Made by a program: the position numbers and the translations under genes
Assembly: GCA_022813965.1 (NCBI GenBank)
Contig: JALDZS010000120.1
Location: 54,588-74,587 of the forward strand
DNA length: 20,000 nucleotides
DNA from: Toensbergia leucococca
Lineage: Eukaryota
Direction: 5' to 3'
Shown here: positions 9,790 to 20,000 of the stretch, one piece after another
Numbering within the stretch: the first letter of the stretch is position 1
How the letters are laid out: the number at the start of each line of letters is the position of its first letter
The notes under the pieces: model-generated
Database searches by the model: none
The model's input: the letters and a program-made list of their open reading frames with translations, nothing else
Told to the model about the DNA's origin: nothing

Positions 9790-11072
9790 GACGAGTAGAT
9801 CTAGACTGAAACTCCAGACTCAGTATCCTCGACAATCACAGAAATGGGATATAGAGTCTCACCTTATCGAAAATGCCTGCCTGTTAGTTTGAGACAATGG
9901 TGAAAGCTGAAACGGCCGTGCTGTAGAGAGCTTCGTGGTCTGTGGCTTTGAGGGAATAGGGGATCGATCGAAGTACGCTAGTACTATTGCAGTAAGGAGA
10001 GCTGGCTCATCTGACCACGACGTCCACGTGCCAATATGGAACTTGACCCAACATTGCGTATGGTAAGATATGAGTACTCGTATCAGCACTGGAAAACAAA
10101 TCATATGGTACTATGTCCTCACCTTCAACATCTGCACAGGGAGAGATAGGATCCGCCCGACGACCCTTCAACATTCGGACCGGCTATCACCATTCAGAGA
10201 CTGACCCGTCGTTCAGATGCCAATGATGGGAAATGGCATAGACAACAGGCTCAATGAGTCATAAGCATACAATATCTTAAACTTGAAGAACAGAAAGCAC
10301 CATAGAAATGAATAGATTCAAAGTTACCGAAATAAGAAACCAGAGATTTCTTTGTACCCAATGGCTAAGGCTCATCGCGCACCACGACTAATCAGCACTG
10401 TTTTTTTCTTATTGATTGTTTGTGAGTTGTTTTTTTTGTGCGTGGGAGGGGGTGGGTGGTCTGGAACATGTAGGAGAGAAGCGGTTTTGCATGTGAGTTG
10501 ATGAGGGGTGAGGGGTGGAGGAGCATAGTGATGCGTACAAGAACGAGAGTGAACATGTAATGTTTTTTTTCTCTTTGGCATTGGAAATCTTTGAGCAAGA
10601 AGTGGCCTGGTAATAATTTGGGATGGGGCTTAAATTTTACTGTTCTTGGGGGACCATCTTTCCTTCTTTTTGTAAGTATTGGGTTTGGCGTTTTGCGGAT
10701 TTTGTGAGGGGTCGGGGAAATTTGAGATGAGACGAACGAATGATGTGTTCGGGAGTGTGGTTGGTGGGGATTGAGGGAGGGTTGAAATTGAGATTGGTGA
10801 GAAGTTGGAGGCATTGTGTTCTGAGGGCGGAGAGTGGAGGATGGAAAACCCCAAAGATCTCGGATGGGTCGAAACAAAGAAAGATTTGCAAATTTGGGTT
10901 ATCAAATCGTGTGAGATTTAGTTCCAATCAACCACTTTATCACATCCCCAAACCTCCTAACCCTCTCTCCCTCTTCAATGCAAGTGGATACGAAAAAAGA
11001 TATCGTTCCGTGGATGATGATAACTCTAGCATGCTCTCCCCTTCCTTCCTACCATCCTAAGCGGACAACCCC

Positions 11073-11672
11073 CTACTTCCGCCTAAAACTGCATCCCTCG
11101 GTCAAGCGCGCTTTGCCGCCCGTGGGCTGGCACAGCACGGTGGAGCAGCCGCCGCAGATGACGACTGTTTGGGCGTGCGAGAAGACGGTTGTGATGGTGA
11201 AGCAGCCGGGGCATTTGACGTCCATGAAGAAGGAGCGGGGGGCTGGGACGAGGGTCTATTGGATGAGTGAGTTAGGGGTGGGTTTGTGGGTATAGTTTTA
11301 GAGGGTTTGTGGGTATAGTTTTAGAGGGTTGGTGGGGGAGGTGGATGGGGAGGGCATGGGGAAGGCATTGCGTTGGGGTTGGGGCAAAGAGAGCGTACTT
11401 TGAGTTTGTGCTTGCGCGCTTCGGCGGCTGGGGTGGGGTTGAGGATGTCGACTGCGAGGACCTGTGGGTTTTGGAGGTGTGGTTAGCGTTTTGAGCTTCT
11501 CTGGGTTAGGGTAAGGGATGGGTTGGTGGGGGCGTGTGATGAACGGAGTGGTTTGGTGGTAATATAATGGAGGGGAGCTGTGGAAGAAGGGAAGGTTTTG
11601 GGAGTAGGAATAAGGTGGTAAAGAGGCAATGTGAGAGGGCCAAGAGAGCAGAGAGCAAGGAGGTAGTACCAT
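11073..11672 (-). CDS. RPS27: 40S ribosomal protein S27 (eS27), 82 aa
   Basis: Exons 11672-11670 (ATG), 11461-11399 and 11255-11073 give [82 protein letters not shown], with the C4 zinc finger. Missed by the ORF track. Confidence 0.97.
11280..11330. repeat. Perfect 23-bp tandem duplication inside RPS27 intron 2
   Basis: gggtttgtgggtatagttttaga occurs at 11280-11302 and 11303-11325, followed by gggtt. Confidence 0.9.
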
Positions 11673-12337
11673 CTTTGCGACTTTGCTTTACTGAATCTGT
11701 ATGTATCTGTGCTTGCTCTAACGATCCGACCCTTGTGGCGAACAAACACACTAGGTTGCTCGATGAATATCTGCCCTTGTTTTCTTTCCTTTGGAGACCC
11801 TCGGAGGTGAAGTATCGACGGCACTGAACTTTGGAGTAGAGGATAAAGGAAGGTGGATAGATGGGTGACTTTGTCGTGGTCGTAGTTGGATGAGTCGAAG
11901 GCGATGAGTCGATCGATGGAATTTTAGTGCGGTATCATTGGGCAAGAAAGGTCGTGTGAGGGGCGCTAGTTTGGCGAATTCTCGGAATGATGTGTGTGGG
12001 ACTTTAGGCGAGGGCTTAAGCCCTGGAGCTAGGCATGTACTGGGGTGTTTGATAAGTGCAGGTGGAGGAGAGGGATCAGATTTATAGGCTTGTTGTTGCT
12101 GATACTGGGAACTTGGATTTATAGCTAGCCTGAACTCATACATACAGAGAGTTTTCCAACCATGTACGTCCGTACAATTGTGTGATCCTCGTCAAGTGTG
12201 CCTGTTGGCATTCAGTCCATACTCTTTATTACTATTCCATCCTAAATTATGAACGTGTGGGTTCGTACTTATCATGTCGTCCGCTATGATGACAGTTAAG
12301 CATAGCAATTGACCCATAAATCGGGTTGTAAAACCAT

Positions 12338-13698
12338 CTACCCATCAAACACCCAGACCCCAGCATCCAACTTTCCATCCACCCTATCTCGAACGTTAAT
12401 CCCCGCCTCCTCATCCTCTCTGGCCAACGCCTCCAACAGCTCACTCAGATCTTTCAGATCCGCTCTCCCTTCCGCCGTCTCCGTCCACCCAAGTCTCTGA
12501 TGCACTCTTACTTTTCTCAATCGCCCTAAACCACCGCCGACTGCACCCCAAATAAGATCACTAGTGACATCATTTCTTGCCACGGTCTCCGAGCTGTCCA
12601 ATTCTAGAATTTCGAGAACACTCTCATGATGGGTTTTGACGCCGATGGTGAAGAATTCAGCAGACATGTAATCAATTGCTAGGCTAAGATGGCGAATATT
12701 TGGCAATTTTTCAGGTATTCTATCGAGTGACCTTGGTGCTAGAATGGGGATGTGGTAGCTTATCTTCAAGTAGGTGAGGCGTTCTCCGTAGTAATCTAGG
12801 AAAGTGAGCAGCTCCGCCGGATGGAGGGTGGGACAGTGCTCTATGGTGAGGTGGGTCAGGGACAATGGGGCGTCGTAAAGATAGGGGAGCGTTTCATCCG
12901 GAATGCCACCGGCAACATGAACGCTTTGTATAATAGGGGGCCAGGTGGCTTTATAAAGGTCAACTTCCTTGTCATTTCTAGAGGAGCGGGGAAAGTGAAG
13001 AGATTGGAGAGCAGAAAGCGAAGATATCGAGCGGAAGAGGTCGGGGAGGCGAAGAGATTCCGAAATCAAGGACAGGTCGAGATGGCGTAGGTGAGTACAC
13101 TTGGAAAGAGCAGCAAGGGAGTTGATGCTGCATGAGATTAGTGCTTGATCTGGTGTTCTGGCCATCACGATTGGTTCGGGACCAGAGAATACAAGACTCA
13201 CGCAAACGAAGCCTGAGGCGCTACAAATACCTCTAAATGACCCTTGACCCTCCCCAACAACCTTGCAGTCAAGCTCCTACTCCCATCATGTACCAAATTG
13301 CCCATATCCAGCACTCTTACAAACTCGGCCAGCTCGCTTTTCCGTATGTGCGCATTGATCGACGGACATACAGTTCTGACGAATTGCTGGAAGCTTTTGC
13401 CTTTGATGTGAGGGCTATGGTAAAGGAAGGGAATGGTGGCGGAATACCATAAGCGCGAAACAAGGGCGCAGGCGTGGAGGGTTGGCTGAGAGGTTGAGTT
13501 GCGAGGGACATATTCGAGGATGTGGACGATGATTTCGGAAGGGAGGTGGAGACTTGGTTTGTTGATATTTGTATGCGAGCGAGAGTGTGGAGCTGAAGAT
13601 GTCAGTTGACGCAGAGACCTCTGGGTCTCTTTCTGTTGAAAGTGGTTTGTTCTTGATTCCATGGCCACGGTCCAATTTCGTTGTGCGTCCAGAGCCAT
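12338..13698 (-). CDS. F-box protein with C-terminal RNI-like leucine-rich repeats (~428 aa)
   Basis: Exons 13698-13202 and 13127-12338, intron 13201-13128 (GTGAGT...CTAAT...CAG), joined as QASFA|INSLAALSKC. F-box LHLPSEIIVHILEYV...LHACALVSRLW; degenerate LRRs LRHLDLSL, LTHLTIEHC, IRHLSLAI. Confidence 0.9.
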
Positions 13699-13949
13699 TT
13701 AGTATCCTGCTTGGATTGAATCCCAAATCTCAAATCACATTTGACGCTGTGCAAATAAGAGAGACTGGACTTCAACAAATTATATCGATTTACTCCGTAC
13801 GGATAATCTTGGTAAGATTATGAATTTGTGGTGATGTTCGATATCATTTCAACCATTGTTTCTTCCGATGATAGACGGCATCTTCTTCTCCAATCAAATA
13901 CTCAATCCATTGAATTTTTGCTAGGTCATCAGTCAATATACTCTACGTG

Positions 13950-14725
13950 TGTAATATGATTGATCATCATATCACACACAGATGTTACACTACACTATTC
14001 TTCAATTGCCTCAATAACATAATGAGTTTTTATGTCTGCAATCATCAACACAGTCCCATGCTTGAAGACATGCTTCATAGATGCCTCAGCAAAGTAAAGT
14101 TTGTAGCTGACTAGAATCTCACAAATGGCACTCTCATATAATAGATTTCAATACTCATCATCAAATTTCTCAGCACTCTCAGCTGCAAACTCTCCTTTCA
14201 CCTCACTGACTCTGCTCACATGTCTGCAACCTGCTGCATATCTCACTCAAGCTCATAGCTTTTAAAATGTAATCACACTGTTGCAGCATCTTCTCATAAC
14301 TTGATCAGGTCCGCTTCTGTTGTTGTGATAAGAGATATTAAATCAAAGGATTTATTGAAGTAGAACAAAGCTGATAGTAAGTACATCTCACTTCCCTCAC
14401 TGCAATTAAGTCACCAGCCTGAAAATGTCAATAAGTCATGACAAAATGTCAGTTCTACACAATGAAGGGTTAGAAACCTTTAATGCAATATTAGAACTGA
14501 GCTCACAGTCAAGTCATGAGAGTATTGTTGAATAGAATACGAAAGATATAGAGTAAAAGCACAGAAGAAAAACACCGAAAAAGTACTCACAACGCTGTCC
14601 TCAGCGGTTGTTGCGCGAGTTTGAGGCCAAAGACCAAGCGCAGAGTCTGAAGCCGCGTGAAGTGCTATAGTCAGACAGGAGTGGATGATAACTCGCAGGG
14701 TCACTCTACTCTACCCCCACAGCAT
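13950..14725 (-). pseudogene. CpG-depleted, AT-rich degenerate gene relic of unknown family
   Basis: Almost no CpG between ~13950 and 14540. Minus-strand frames read like protein broken by TGA (DLIKL*EDAATV*LHFKSYELE*DMQQ; EVKGEFAAESAEKFDDEY*NLLYESAICEILV at 14204-13995). A possible first exon runs from ATG 14725 to a GTGAGT donor near 14590. Confidence 0.4.
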
Positions 14726-15169
14726 TCTTCCAGCAATTTGAGGCCAGAGATTCGGCACTCAAAGAGAGATGAGAGATGGATAGAATCATAGGTATAAGAC
14801 GGGCGAAGAAAGGCTAAGAATAGAAGGTGCGCTGAAAGGATGCCTGGCTACCCAGAAGTGTATTGGGCAACGCGCGGCGGTTATTGCGCCGCAAGTTCGA
14901 GGCACGGGCCAACGGTCACTGTTGAGGCAAGTGAAGTAGACCAGCACGTGCAGAGAAGGGCTGGCAGTCGCTGGTCACTTTGGTCAGTCTCCGACGGATC
15001 TCATGTTCTTTTCAACAACGATAAATACCTGATGACCGGTGGAAGCAAATAGAATGCAAAGATTATATAAATCCCAGACCCTTGTGAATTTCTCTGCAAC
15101 CTTTCAAATCCGAAGCCTACCAATGAAAGTATGGCATTGATGGGAAGAAGAATCAGAGAGTGAGAGGAG

Positions 15170-16063
15170 CTACTTGACGACTGCACTATGGCCAGCGCGT
15201 TGTGCCCTGTCTATCGCAAGTTCTCCATTTGCGTCCATGATCAAAGGATCTGCTCCCTCTGCTAGTAACAGTTCCACTATATCTTGCTTCCCCTCCTCGG
15301 CCGCTTCGTGTAATGGAGTACCTATGCCGAAATCCGTATATTGATCATAACAATCCAAGCGATTCTGGTACATAAGGTCATTGATCGGAATTCCTTTACT
15401 AATAATGAATTTAATGACCTCTAGGTGATCAGCTTGGTTTCTTCTCACTGCGTAGTGAAGAAGCTGTCCGTATCTGGTAGAGCCTCCGGGATCGAGTAGC
15501 AACTCGATGATTGCGAAGGGCCCTTCGGCGACAGCTACTGAGAGCGGAGTAAGATCCAATCCGCATTCAGCGTTCGGATCCGCGCCATGAGCAAGGAACC
15601 ACAAGGTGAGGTTCATATCATTGAATGTGAGCCTTTCTTCAGTTATTTCGTTAAGCTGATTGGTAGATTCAGGAGGGACTTACGAAAGTGGTGGTGGCTT
15701 GGTCCTCTCTATCGGGTGATTAATGTCCCATCCTATATCCAAGAAAAGTTGCAGGATCCCGTACTTTTTCATCTCAACAGCCATTGTGAGATGGGAAATA
15801 TTCATAGAAAGGCCGTTGAATAACAGGTATGATGCAATTGCCACGTCGTCTTGTTGTATAGTCTCAACGAGGGAACTGGCGAGGAGGTCTTTGTCGATTC
15901 TTTCGGATTCTGGTTTCTCTAGCCATTGAGAGATGAAGACTCTTTGAACTGAAGCCAAGTCTCGTGAAGCAGCAGCTACGCGAAGCTCTTCGACCTCCGG
16001 TGGACTTTCATACTGTGATTTGAAATATTCCGGGTCAGAATGCCAGAGAGGGTCACCCTTCAT
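15170..16063 (-). CDS. Ankyrin-repeat protein (~280 aa), possibly C-terminally truncated
   Basis: Exons 16063-15684 and 15632-15170, intron 15683-15633 (GTAAGT...AAG). Ankyrin motifs: WFLAHGADPN, TPLSVAV, LLHYAV, GTPLHEAAEEGKQDIVELLLAEGADP. Confidence 0.85.
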
Positions 16064-16930
16064 GACAAACGACCAGTCAGGGTTGGGCTCAAAGATAGAA
16101 GACCATCACCCTCACCTTTATCTATTCCTCCCACGTTCGACGCGGCATCGACAGGATCTAGTGCCATTTGGGAGCTCCGCAAGTTGTTGCCAGGAATGGA
16201 TGAAGGAGGTCTTGGGTACTTGGAGCTCCACTTAGACGAAGGACGTCTTACTAGTGAGGAAGCGAGGTAGGGATGTGGTACGGATAGCCCAACGTATTCT
16301 ATCGGCCGCCCTGCATGAATATAAGCTTGGGGTCTGGTGGGGTGAGTCACGGGACGTCGGAGTGAGTGACCAATCACCAATGGACGGCTTATTCGCTCTG
16401 CCACCTCATCGACCAATTGATCAGTCCAATCATGCCCTGACTACTCCCAGCCACTCAATCATTCTTCAGTAGAGTCGTACATCAAATACTGCCCACTATG
16501 GCAGGTTACTCTTTAGCCTACGACCAGGGTCAGCAATTCACTGAACAGTCCATTTGTTGGTGGGCAACTTCATGACTGAAAATGGCTGTCTTAACTCTTG
16601 AAAGAGAGGCAGTATAGAGCAGCTTGAAATCGGAAGTGATCCGCCAAGGTTATGTCCTGAGAAAAGCCTTCACTTGCCGGCACTCCAGCTGGGCGCTTGC
16701 TGCATCTTTTACTGTGCCTCAGATTTGTCCAGCCACCCTGCAACTAATCTGTGGGTACGAGTAGGGGATTGGACAACCACGTGCGCTGTGTAATCCGACT
16801 ACACTCAGGTCAGTCGCGCAGCTTATCTTGCCTACTTCAGTAAGTATCTTCTCCTGGTTCTTTTCAGTTTGGGCTGTTGTGCGTGTGATGCACATATTAC
16901 CAGGACGATACGCCGTACCATCTTTTTAAT

Positions 16931-19900
16931 ATGGTGAATCTGTCTCTCCGTTCTATGTGTTCATGACCAATAATTTACAGACTACCTATCGCGTTTCTAA
17001 GAATTTCCTTAGGGTGCTAGTGAGTCCAGAGAATCCTAATGTTGAGTAGGTTGTGCTTGATGGATTGTTTTCAGAATCCCTCGTGCTGACTTTATCGTGT
17101 GAATCAGTATTATTGCAGTGCATGGCCTCAATCCAACCAACACCGAGTTCCACGCAGAAGCAACATGGACGGTTGAAGATAAGCTATGGTTAAGAGACTT
17201 CTTGCCTCCACAATTGCCATCTGCGTGAGTTTTGTTGTTTGACTACTATGTCAACGTGGCTTTTGAGACCTCAATCACGGGAGTTTGAGGACAAGCTATA
17301 AGCCTGCTCAACTGAATTGCATCCAAGCGGGAAGAGGCTGAGGAAAGGCCTATTGTGTTCGTCGCTCACAGCTTGGGAGGTATCATTGTCAAGTGAGCCT
17401 TGGTGAAAGCTAAACTCAATGATTCCTACAAATCTATCCGTGAAGCTACATATGGAATCGCATTTTTTGGTACACCTCACCGGGGAGGCAACTTCGTGAA
17501 GTTAGGAGACATCGCTGCTTCTATAGTAAGAGGTGTACTTCAAAATCCCTCAAACACGTTTATGGAGGCGCTGAAGAAGGACTCACTTTTCTCTGATACA
17601 CTTGTGGGAGACTTCTGACATCAACTTGAGGATTATTATGTCTTGAGCTTCTTCAAAACGCTTCCGATGGGGAGGCTGGGTCTCGTACGCATGCGCACTG
17701 AAACATGTATTTCAAATAATCTGAGCTAACAGCCGCAGATCGTGGACCAGAAATCAGCCACTCTTGGTCTCACCGGACTCCGTGAGAGGCAGATACCTAT
17801 GGATGCAGATCACACCGAAGTCTGCAAGTTCAAAATCGCGGAAGGGGATGATTATGAGCAGGTTTCTTTCAACCTCTCATGGCTTGTGAAGTCTGCGGTA
17901 AAGGCCGCATCAAAAAGGGCGCGTATTGCTTCACTAAGCGTACCGTCATCGCAGTCACTGTCTGAAGCTGCTTGTACGTAGCCGTCAGTAATGATTGAGG
18001 TGCTAGGCTTTATGTTTGAGAATCACCCTGAAAAAATGAGTGCTTACTAGCTGTGGACTCCATATAATGAATTGAAGTAGTGATGGATTAGGCTAATGCT
18101 TTTCAAGCAGCAGGCTTAGGCAAAGATAAGACGCTCTTCCTGATGCCATTCAGTCAAGACAAGCATTTCATTGGGTGAGAGGACATCATCAGCGACATCG
18201 ATGAAAAGTTAGAGACTGAGCAGCGTGTTACCCTTACCGGGATAGGAGGCGTCAGGTATACCATTCAACACTCACATAATGATAGAACTTGGCTAATAAA
18301 ATGTTCAAATACAGCAAATCGCAGATAGCCATTGAATATTGCTATCAGTATCGAATTAAGCATCCAAATCGCAGTATATTCTGAGTACATGTCAGTACCT
18401 TTGAAAGATTTGATCAAGCATACAAAGACGTTGCAAGAAGACTGAGTCTACCTGAATGGAACGATCCTAAAACCAACACGCTTCAGGTTTCTCTGACTGA
18501 CTGACTGATGAAGATTATTCTCATTGACTTATGATGCTGGATAATGCTGATGACTCAGACATGTTTTTCAACCCTTGAAAGGAGACCTCCGAAGGGACTT
18601 TTCCAAATCAACGTGCTTTACCATTGTGCATGTATCTTCCTCAAACATTCAAAGGATCAATACTTGTCACATCCTGAAACAGACATGCAGCATTTAGATT
18701 AGTGAATAGAAGTGAGCCTATCATCAATGTGCTGTCAATGAAGGAAGAAGACGCCAAAACTCTGCTGCGCAAGTGATTACCTGATGATAAATCAAGTGAA
18801 GATGATATCATTGCTCTTGTAAAGACATTAGAGCGCCTTTCACTTGCAGTTACACAAGCAGCAGCTTACATCAGCGTATGAAAGATGATGATGACAATCG
18901 CAAAGTACTTGACATATATTTGACAAAATGAGGAAATACTTTTAGCGGACATGAGGGACCTTCAAAGGGATTCTAATGTACTGAATTCAGTCCTTGTAAC
19001 GTGGCATATCTCCTTTGATCAGATTAAAAAGAGCTATCCTCAGGCTGCTGAGCTTTTATCACTCGCAAGTGTTTTTGATTGACAAGGCATTCCAAAGTTT
19101 CTTTTCTATAAAGATAATGAATCTCTAGATTTTGAAGATGCTTTAGCTCCCTTAGACTACTTTGTCTTAATTAATTTTGAAGCTAATGATGAATGCTTTG
19201 AAATGCATTGACTTGTGCAGCTTGTCATGAGGAAATGGTTACACATACACAGAGAGACAACTAAATGGGAAGAGAAGGCGGTAATGTTATTGTTTAAGTC
19301 CTTTTTAAGCGGTGATCATCAGAACTGAAAGATTTGTACAGCGCTACTATCACACACAGAAGTAGTCCTGAGGTATCAGTATTCAAAGCAGCATTATTCT
19401 CTTCAGCAAGCTCAAGTTCTTTATAATATAGCATGATATCTATAAGCTTAAGAAAAATATATTCTGATTCTGAACTAAAGTTAAAAAGCCTTGAGTACTT
19501 ACTGTCTAATTCTGAATGAGAAAGACTCAATAGTTTTAGTCAATCTTAAACTCATAGCAATGATACTATAAAGTCAGAGAAAGTATGAGAAGGCTAAGAT
19601 GATAAATCAGTAAACACTAAAGCTAATAGAGAAGATGCTGAGAATGAAGCATCTTAGCATGCTGACAAGTATGAGCAATCTAATATTGACATTAGATAGT
19701 CAGAGAAAGTATAAGAATGCTGAGATAATAAATCAGTAAACGTTGAAGCTGAAAAAGAAGATGCTTAAAATGAAGCATTCTAACACACTAATAAGCATGA
19801 GCAACTTGATGAGAACACTAAACAGTCAAGAAAAGTATGAGAAGACTGAGGTAATAAACTAACAGACACTGAAGCTAAAGAAGATGCTGAGAATGAAGCA

Positions 19901-20000
19901 TTCTAGCATACTGATAAGCATAAGCAATCTGATGTTAACACTAAACAGTCAGAAAAAGTATAAGGAGGCTGAGGTGATAAATCAGTAAACGCTGAAGCTG
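16931..20000 (+). pseudogene. Fungal NLR pseudogene: SesB-like alpha/beta-hydrolase + NB-ARC + TPR repeats (continues past the right edge)
   Basis: Predicted introns at 16934-16980, 17046-17107, 17685-17738, 17974-~18107 and 18256-18314. Hydrolase motifs DIIAVHGL, LWLRDFLP, FVAHSLGG (17364-17381), FFGTPHRG and DADH. P-loop GIGGV(S)|KSQIAIEY is split by an intron; Walker B LMMLDNADD; then VTS*N, FD*QGIP, MH*LVQL and 42-aa TPRs. There are many in-frame stops and a frameshift near 18490. Confidence 0.92.
19572..20000 (+). repeat. 126-bp tandem repeats encoding 42-aa TPR units
   Basis: The anchor AGTCA(G/A) before AAGTAT recurs at 19572, 19698, 19824 and 19947 (spacing 126, 126, 123). Units read like EKMLRMKHLSMLTSMSNLILTLDSQRKYKNAEIINQ*TLKL. 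Confidence 0.92.

Noticed and set aside
10372..11060. Cluster of overlapping P/T/H/K-rich ORFs
   Set aside because: These arise from strand-biased low-complexity sequence downstream of RPS27; there is no domain signal or convincing splice model.
10978..11827. ORF-track calls overlapping RPS27
   Set aside because: They are antisense or intron-spanning shadows of the spliced RPS27 gene.
16020..16472. Small ORFs between the ankyrin gene and the NLR
   Set aside because: They overlap on both strands with no domain features and are best read as UTR or promoter sequence.
19572..20000. CRISPR-like or satellite interpretation of the periodic sequence
   Set aside because: The period is 126 bp (42 codons), it translates as TPR units, there are no unique spacers, and the DNA is fungal.

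Overview
Eukaryotic, intron-containing DNA from a filamentous ascomycete; short GT-AG introns with CTRAY-like branch points point to Pezizomycotina. Conserved genes are a two-HKD phospholipase D-family gene, an LRR gene with a Cys-rich tail, a 4-TM MARVEL-like gene, RPS27 and an F-box gene. They are interspersed with fungal innate-immunity / regulated-cell-death parts: a HeLo-like N-terminal-domain gene cut by the left edge, a SesA-type effector ending in a sigma-like amyloid signalling motif, an ankyrin gene, and a SesB-like hydrolase/NB-ARC/TPR NLR pseudogene destroyed by RIP-like transitions. The most striking observation is at the SesA gene. Its stop codon lies inside a plausible 56-nt intron, and splicing joins it in frame to a second exon ending in a basic CaaX box (RKKEKCIMM*). 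This predicts two isoforms: a free amyloid-tailed effector and a prenylated, membrane-anchored one. All gene models were derived by hand; no database searches were run.
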